Source of the DNA: Octopus vulgaris | Taxonomy: Eukaryota | DNA: 64,000 nt | NCBI GenBank assembly: GCA_951406725.2 | Contig: OX597814.1 | Location: 171,678,001 to 171,742,000, forward strand | Reading direction: 5' to 3' | In this document: positions 55,413 to 64,000 of the stretch, in pieces | Position numbering within the stretch: the first letter of the stretch is position 1 | Layout of the letters: every line of letters starts with the position of its first letter | Made by a program: the position numbers and the translations under genes | Notes under the pieces: model-generated | What the model was told of the DNA's origin: nothing | The model's database searches: none | Seen by the model: the letters and a program-made list of their open reading frames with translations, nothing else

Positions 55413-55855
55413 GATCAGGTGCTAGAGCATAACAGACTGGACCTGGTGGTAGTGTACAAGATGCACCTTATATAATCCATATAGTTGATGTTGCATGCCC
55501 CTTTGACTCACAAATAGTCAAGAAGGAAGGCGAAATGATAGATAAATATAACCCACTTCTATACGAAATAGCCCGGCTATAGAACATGAAGAAGGTGACG
55601 ATAGTGCCTTAGGGAACAGTATCAGATGGCATCAAGAGGAATATAAAGGAAATTGGAATAGAGTGCCCAGTAGAATTGTTATAAAAGGTTTGCCTCCTTG
55701 GCACGGCCAGAATAATCAGGAAAGTATTAGATAGCTGAAAAGAATGGCAAGCATAGTGCCGTAAGCTACAAGCAGCAAGCCCGTTACGCATGTAAGACTC
55801 CAAGAGCTCCAACAAAACTTGTGATAAAGAGAAGTAACAACAACAATAATAATAC
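55413..55855 (+). mobile_element. R4/Dong-type element 3' end: decayed RLE endonuclease domain
   Basis: DQVLEHNRLDLVVV..HIVDVACPFD..IVKKEGEMIDKY..L.YEIARL..VTIVP..GTV...KVCLLGTARIIRKVLDS*, then a tail (AAC/AAT)n. Confidence 0.85.
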
Positions 55856-56777
55856 TTTAAGGCTAGTGATTGGTGTATCTTATTTTAAAGTCACTTTCAC
55901 TAAGTCTAATCTATTTTTCTTTCGGTTCTCTTGTTTGGCAGGACAGAGATGATCTTGGTATCGTAGCCGAGTGAGGTAATCATGACCTAATGGGCATATA
56001 TCAGGATTCCTAAAGTTGCATTCTGGAGAATTGATGTTTTTCATATTAGCGCCACAAATCTAAGAAACTTCCACGAAACGTATATTGAAGATTTCCTCAT
56101 ACCTATGGTTAACGGGGAAGTGTTTAGCTAATATGTCTAGGAAAATGTCTAGGAAATGTTTAACGTATATTAGTTAACTTAGCCACATATAATTTTAGAC
56201 GTGGTACTAAATTTGAGTCGAAGTGGCCAGTGTGTTTTTATAGCAGGAGCTACCTTGTCGAAACTTTCTTTAGAGAGAAGAGGTTTAGAGATTCGTAACT
56301 AATGTTAACTATAAGGTTTTTAAAGATGATAGGCGAATAGCAGGATTGTTTGTATATACCTAAGTTTTTCATGCGATTTAATGTAAGGATTGTAAGTATT
56401 TAAATTTAGGTCCAGTAAAACATCTTTTAAATTACTTGAGTGAGATTTTTTGCTACTGTAATTATAAAACTTATAATACTAGAAGCAAAAATGAGGTTTA
56501 TTCTTCATTTGACGGGTAAAAGGACATGACCTCAATTCCATAAACGGAATTATCCCTTGTTCCTTGGAACGTCTTTCCCGTTTTTAATCGTATGTTATTT
56601 GGGACTGAGCATTTGCCGGATCGTGAATGGTACGCTATACAAGCTCGTCCGCTTACTGCGTTATTTGTAACTTTCGTATAACTCCACTATTCATTAAATT
56701 ATGCTTATCTCTCGGTGAAATCATAGTTTTTCTCTTTATATTTTTTTCTGAATCTATATCAACAACCGAAGGGCACA

Positions 56778-56924
<147 letters not shown>

Positions 56925-57029
56925 TATATACATACATGCACACATTCCAGAACAGATAATGTGCACATTATAGACGAATACGCGTATATGTATACACACT
57001 CATATAAACAGAAACATACGCATGTCTGC

Positions 57030-57138
<109 letters not shown>

Positions 57139-57176
57139 CACACACACACACACACACACGCATATATATATATATG

Positions 57177-57227
<51 letters not shown>

Positions 57228-57688
57228 TTGGGAAAGCGTGTATTTACATATGCGTGTCTATCTATGTGTGTGTGCGTGCGTGAGAGTGAGTGTGTGTTTA
57301 CATTCATTGATATCTATCTGGCGTTGATGTTATGTATATTTGTATGTACAAATATTTACTGTCTCTAACAAACAGTGCATGGCAACCGACAATTCTAGTT
57401 CTACTTTGGCCGGTATCGCTTCCTAACGAAAGTTTGATCAAAGAGTGGTCACAGTTCATGCTTGCATAGTAACAGTACCGGTTGGATATAAACATGGAGA
57501 TTAACCCACCTTGCTATCTTATTATGTCTAATGTTATATTTTCAAGGGTAAAGGGTGGGGGTAACAACGACGAACATTGTGGAATTCGGCCGAGGAATTC
57601 ACGTTGACCATAAAAGCATATAAACAATCTTGTATTTAAAAAAATATACATAAATGAATAAATATGTAAACAAAAAATAAATATATAT

Positions 57689-57930
57689 AGGCGCAGGTGT
57701 GGCTTTATAGGCGCAGGTGTGACTGTGTGATAAGAAGCTCACAACGCAACCACATGTTTCCGAGTTCAGCCTCACTGCGTGGCGCTTTGGGCAAGTATTT
57801 TCTACTGTATCCTCGGGCTGTCCAAAACCTTGTGAGTGGATTCTACAAAAACACTTCAAGGTGGTGCTCCAGGCTTAGTGGATTTTGTAGAGGAAACTGA
57901 AAGACGCCCGTGTGAATGTGTATATATATA

Positions 57931-57975
<45 letters not shown>

Positions 57976-57997
57976 AAAACAAGTCAAGATAGAAAAT

Positions 57998-58046
<49 letters not shown>

Positions 58047-58488
58047 TATATGCTTGACCGTTAAATCTAAAAGTTTCTTTTATTCTCTCTGTTTATTTTC
58101 TCTTATTCCTTTCTATTGAAGAGCGTAGGCCCGAAACGTAAAAGACTTTTTCTCTTTCCCGTGCGTCAAACTAATACATCTATTTGTTATTCATACACAT
58201 GTTTTCGTCTTTGTTTTTCTATAAATTTCAGCTATATGTGTGTGTGTGTGTGTGTGTGTATGTGTGTGTGTGTGTATGTCTTTGTGTTTGAGTTTGTCTC
58301 CCCATCATCGCCTGAGAACCAGTGTTGGTGTGTTTACATCCCCGCAACTTAGCGGTTTGGCAAAGCGACCAATAAAATAAGTAGTAGGACTTAAAAAATA
58401 AGTCCTGGGGCCGAATTGTTCTACAAAAACACTTCAAGGCAGTGCTCCAGTATGGCTGCAATCAAACGACTGAAACAAGTAAAAGAAT
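57689..58488 (+). mobile_element. SINE family B split by insertions in its internal (TA)n
   Basis: 5' half at 57689-57912 and 3' half at ~58240-58488, with a PLE-like fragment at 58055-58230 between them. Confidence 0.8.
58109..58144 (+). ncRNA. Decayed hammerhead-like motif, A6U family
   Basis: CTTT CTATTGA A GAGC-gtag-GCCC GAAA CG T A AAAG. G5A change and one helix II mismatch relative to 42578-42613. Confidence 0.5.
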
Positions 58489-59629
58489 ATACCTCTCCCA
58501 TAACCACCACGATACATACTTTTTGTATGAGACATATCCTAGTTGCTAAGATGGTCGCATCGTAATCATGAGGTTCCGGATTCGATTCCGCTGCATGGCA
58601 TCTTCGATAAGTCTTCCCATTTTTTTTTTTTGTGCGTGTCTAAATCTAATTTGGAGTTGTCTGAAGTATTTTGAGTGAAACTGGATTGAGAGAAACAGTA
58701 TAGAAATCCATCGGATGGATTATACCTGTAATTCGAAGGGCTAACATTACTACTTAATTAAATGATGCAGACGGTACACCCGAGTCACGATGCAGGATCG
58801 AGCTCTGAACTGTGTGCTTATGAAGCAAACGTTTTAATCACACAGTCATGCATGCACACCGTTACTAACTACTATAAAGATATTTCAAGAACTTACAAGA
58901 GAGGGGGAAAAAAACGAAAGCATTCGCCACTTCCATCACTATGACCTCACTGGTGTCAGTATCACTTCAACCTTTGAAGCTACATGACATAGGCTTCATC
59001 TGAGATTTAGCTAATGTCTAGGGAGAATAGTCTACATACTTTCTATCCCTGAAGAATTTCTAGTTTGACAATTCAGAAATATCATCTTCACAAAAGCAAC
59101 AACAAAAAGAAAAAGGGAAACCGCAATTCCTGTCGTTTTTCTTCCCTCCTCCCTTTCTCTTTCTCTGTTTTTGTCTTCCAACAAATGTTATGTGTTATGT
59201 GAATCATTATAAGATAAAGTATTTCGGCAGGCGCCGTTGTGATAGGTAATTTCTTGGTGAACCCAGATTAGTGACAGGGCGCGATTTCGATTCCCTTATG
59301 CATTGGTACCCTTGAGAAAACTAATAGAGGCCATATAAATATTCTACTATTATATCATTGGTTTCAGTGTTTCTTATGTGGTCATGCCACAGCACTGATT
59401 TAAATGTGTCTTTGTCAATTATATCAACCCCTAGTATTTTATCGATATCTATTTGTCGAATAGTTGGGTCTAGTTTTTGTGCATGCATTAAGGAACGATT
59501 TAAGACGCTTCAGCTTCAAATGTACAAAATCTTCTTTGTGTATTAAGTAATCTTATTTGAGTTTTTAAGCACAACGGTTTACCAATTCATACATACAACG
59601 GAATAATCGTTTAAATGTTGAAAAGTACT

Positions 59630-60664
59630 TAGCATTATTTAATTATCGCTCTTTACGTTCTCAGTCGAAATCAGCTTTACCTTCCCTCCGGTTTCGATAA
59701 AACAAAGTACCAGTTATATCTCGTGGTCCATGATATCAACTAACTCCTCCTCAAAACTTCTAGCCTTTTGCCTAAATCAGGAACCACAATGAATACTTTT
59801 AAGGCGGCAAGCTGGCAGAGTGATTAGCACGCCGAGTAAAATATTTAGCAGTATTTAGCCCGTTGCCAGGTTCTGGGTTCAAATTCCGCCGTGGTCAGCT
59901 TTGCCTTTTATCCTGCCGGGATGAAACACTGAGTTCAATGTGATCGACTAGTCCCCTCCCCCATATTTCAGGCCTTGTGCCTATAGTAGAAAGGACTATT
60001 ATTATTATTATTGTTGTTGTTGTTGTTGTTGTTGTCATCAAAGCGACGAGCTGGCAGAAACGTGAGCACGCCGGCGAAATACTTAGCGGTAATTCGTGAG
60101 CCGCTACGTTCTGAGTTCAAATTCCGCCGAGGTCGACTTTGCCTTTCATCCTATCGGGGTCGATTAAATAAGTGCCAGTTACGCACTGGGGTCGATATAA
60201 TCGATTTAATCCGTTTGTTTGTCCCTGTTTGTTCTCTCTGTGTTTAGCCCCTTGTGGGTAGTCAAGGAGTAGGTATTTCGTTCGTCGCTACGTTCTGGGT
60301 TCAAATTCCGCCGTGGTCGAGTTTTCCTTTAATCCTTTCGGAGTCGATAGATTAAGTACCAATAGAGTACTGGGGTCGATGTAATCGATTTGTCCCCTCC
60401 CTAAAAATTTCAGGCCTTGTGCCTATATAAGACATGATTATTATTATTATTATTGGTGACGAGCTGGTAGAATCGTTAGCAAACTGGGGAAAATGCTAGC
60501 GGTATGTCGCCTGTCTTTACGTTCTGAGTTCAAATTCCACCGAGGTCGACTATTCCTTTCATCCTTTCGAGGTCGATAAATTAAGTACTAGTCAAGTACT
60601 GGGGTCGATGAAATCGACTTACTCCTCTCCCAAAATTTCAGGCCTTCTGCTTACAGTAGAAAGG

Positions 60665-60718
<54 letters not shown>

Positions 60719-61089
60719 TATCATTATTATCATTATCATTATCATTATTATTGACTTTTGCTTTATGTCTTCTTCAAATTTGCTTCCATTTCTTGCAGTA
60801 TCCCCGACTCCTAAGAGACAACAGGCTGGAAGTTCTGTGCCATATATTTGGGTTTTTTTTTTTTGGTGTTGTACTAGTGAATGTCTAATACATAAAAATA
60901 AATAAAATAAAATAAAAAAATAAAAAAATAAATAAATAAATAAATAAAAAATAAAAAAAAATAAAAAAAAATAAAAAAAGTTTGTTTTAAACCTTGGGAT
61001 TACATAGAGAGTATTTTGCGTATGATATGAGCAGTTCCCATGAGCACTATCTTTTGAATTTCTGCCATTTTGGGGTTTCCTGGTATCTG

Positions 61090-61168
<79 letters not shown>

Positions 61169-61357
61169 GTGAGCTGGCATAATGTTAAGCATGTCGTACA
61201 AAACCATTAGCGACATATTATCCGGCTCCTTATGTTCTTAGTTCAAATTTCATCGAGGTCGACTTTACTTTTTATCTTTTCGAAGTCGACATAATAAGTT
61301 GCAGTCAAGTACTATAGCGGACGTAATCGACCAGCCTCCTTTCCCAAAATTTCAGGC
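59630..61357 (+). mobile_element. Cluster of ~6 co-oriented SINE family A copies separated by (ATT)n tails
   Basis: Heads near 59800, 60040, 60455 and 61168, a headless unit at ~60270, and tails gtagaaagga(tta)n. Confidence 0.85.
60752..61090 (-). mobile_element. R4/Dong-type element 3' end in (TAA)n
   Basis: Minus strand encodes QIPGNPKMAEIQKIVLMGTAHIIRKILSM*, then a 3' UTR. (TAA)n on both sides. Confidence 0.82.
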
Positions 61358-62728
61358 AGATTGTTGGATTGGTGATAATTTGTGCTTACTTAACAAAGAA
61401 CATTACTCAATACTTAAAGTACAGTTTATATATTTTATTAGAAGCTGGAACTATTAAATCGTTACATTAATTACCTTTTACCGATTATTCAAACGGCTGT
61501 ATGAGGGAAACAGCATGGCAATATACAAGAAAAATATTTGTAAGCACATCAAAATAGGGTTCATAATGGAGATATGATTGTATAGCATTCAGAAAGACGT
61601 CACAACACTTCACTTTCCAAATCTATCTGGAATTTAAAGGAGGGTAATATTAACAATTATAAAATCAATTGGTCTTTTATAGGAAGCACATCTTTCAACA
61701 TTAAAGGCTCCTGAGGATTTAAGCTTGTTTGCAATTTGGCTTTTACACTCTTTTCATTTTTTTTATGAATTCTTCCAGATATTTTTGATAAATTCTTCCA
61801 GATATTTACATTGATTTTTATTAAGAACTATCCACCTACTGACTACTTAAAATATTTTTATTTCTTACATAATGAATTTATCATTTTTTGAAAGTTAATC
61901 TTATATTAAGAAAGATAATTCTCCAATGTTAAAACTACATTAAGCTTCCCTACTTTCGTATTTCTTACAAGCCGTTAACATGAAAATATATATTAATGCT
62001 TGTAAGTAAATGAATTTATCACATATCTTGCGCATAAAAATTGAATGAATGAACGAATGGGTGACTATATGTTTGGCGTAATTTTTTACCGGGTTCCATT
62101 TTTCTTAGTTTTGGTTATGAATCACACTTCGATGATAAATCATATTTCAACGCGTTTACAAATATTTGTCCTTATATTTTGTCATGCTGCTTCCATTGTA
62201 CATATATGCATAATCGGCAACGTGAAACTCAAAATGAAGATTTAAGAAGCTTAAATTTCTGTGTATGAGAGAGAGAGAGGGAGAAAATGAGAGGGTGAGG
62301 GAGGGAGAGAGAGTGTGTAGGGGGTTGAAATGCTTGCGTTTGTTTGCATGTATATGTATTGGGGTTTTGTTTATTTTACTATTCTGTTATATTTTTTACT
62401 CTCTGATTAGGCAATTGCAGAACTGCAATATTTTAAAAGACATAAATATTGATTTCGATCTTTGATTAGTTTTTGGAGAAACGGTTTACCCAATTAATCC
62501 CAAACGTATTGTCAGTGGTTATATAATTAAGTTTGGCTCCTATGAATTATTTATCTAAGATTGCATATTTCTCCTCCTTTCTCAAAGCCCTTACAAGAAA
62601 GCAAAAAAACAAAACAAAAACACAATAAACAAAACAAAACACAACAAAATATAACGACAGAATAAACAAATATAGCCCAAAGAAAAACATCTTGAAAAGT
62701 ACCGCAGCCTCACGAAACAGTATATACA

Positions 62729-62808
<80 letters not shown>

Positions 62809-62914
62809 CATATATATACATACATATGAATATATATATTACGTATATATATAATATATATATTATATATATATATATATATATGTATGTATATATATAT
62901 ATGTATATATATAT

Positions 62915-62945
<31 letters not shown>

Positions 62946-63013
62946 CATAAATATATATACATATATATATACACACACAGATATAGATATATATACACAC
63001 ACATATATGTATG

Positions 63014-63072
<59 letters not shown>

Positions 63073-63129
63073 CACTCACATATATACGTAACTACTCTAT
63101 TATTCGTTTCAGCCATGCAGCTGCAGTCG

Positions 63130-63198
<69 letters not shown>

Positions 63199-64000
63199 CA
63201 CCTTGAACATTGCTGTGAGACAAGATCTGGGCATATCTCTCCACCCTGGATGTTTTCTCCCAAACAAAACCACTATGAACAAAGTGAACTCTTCTGCTGT
63301 TTTCCCTCCAACTAATCTTCGCTACAACAATCGCCATTACCACATCCACCAACACCGCATACACTCAATACACGCGTACGCACATAAGTACATAAGTACA
63401 TACGTACACACACACACACACACAGAAGGGTCGAGAATAAGAAAAAAATATATAAGAAAACATTCATGTGTCAAAGAAAACGACATTCTTGCATTGAAGC
63501 GATGAAGGGAAATCTGTTTTTGCCGCGTGTTAACGTTTCAAGAGCACAATTCGCAAATCCAATCAAAGACAGGAACAGAGAGAAGAAAGCAGAAAGAGAT
63601 TTGATTTTGGTATAATTGGATCTTGGACAGCTTGTCAACAAGATTTGAAGAATTTGCTAGCCAATATATATATGGCATTGATCAAGAAACGAGCGAAGCA
63701 GATTGATGTCAGTGACACATCGAATTTCCACAGCAGTTGCCACAACATCAAGAAGAATTAAAAACGGCTGGACACCTCACACCGACAATAGCAGTTATCG
63801 TTCTTGGTGGTACATTTTTCAATTGTTCTCTCCACCCCTTTCTTCTTCCAGTCTTTCTATTTCCTCTTTTTCTCTCCATCTTTTTCCTATCTCATTTTTT
63901 CTTTCCAAGAAAACTGTGGTTTTTCACACGAATGAATTATCTCCTCAAGTAGAGAGAAAAGGAGAGTAAGTGAGAGAGAAAGACTGAGAGAGAGAGAGAG

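Noticed and set aside
62686-62725. TTGAAAA-gt..ac-GAAA-CAG-TA, a second U3:A8 candidate
   Set aside because: Helix II is only 2 bp and the helix I partner is replaced by microsatellite; not supportable.
63430-63830. Unique sequence that could be an exon
   Set aside because: No recognisable protein motif or clear splice pair.

Overview
A 64-kb, AT-rich, repeat-saturated animal genomic window, probably intergenic or intronic. The SINE types and extreme microsatellite load suggest an octopus or other coleoid cephalopod (inference). No host protein-coding gene can be supported, and nearly all of the ORF track is translated microsatellite. Real coding remnants are all from transposons: a young 5'-truncated CR1-group LINE with an open 765-codon RT ORF (18513-20810), a near-full-length degenerate Tc1 element (13746-15415), an RTE RT fragment, 3' ends of several R4/Dong-type RLE elements in (TAA)n or (CATA)n, a Tx1-like 3' end in (TATC)n, a Chapaev3-like deletion derivative and a DUF4817-type transposase fragment. 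At least four tRNA-derived SINE families are present. The most striking unannotated signal is a set of short, often palindromic, Penelope-like pLTR fragments carrying minimal type-I hammerhead ribozyme folds with mostly palindromic helix III. Different families carry different catalytic cores: canonical C3:G8, compensatory G3:C8 (3 copies), U3:A8, and an A6U variant. The fold-back junctions sit at or just upstream of the ribozyme core. All structures were read by eye, and ribozyme activity and novelty are untested.
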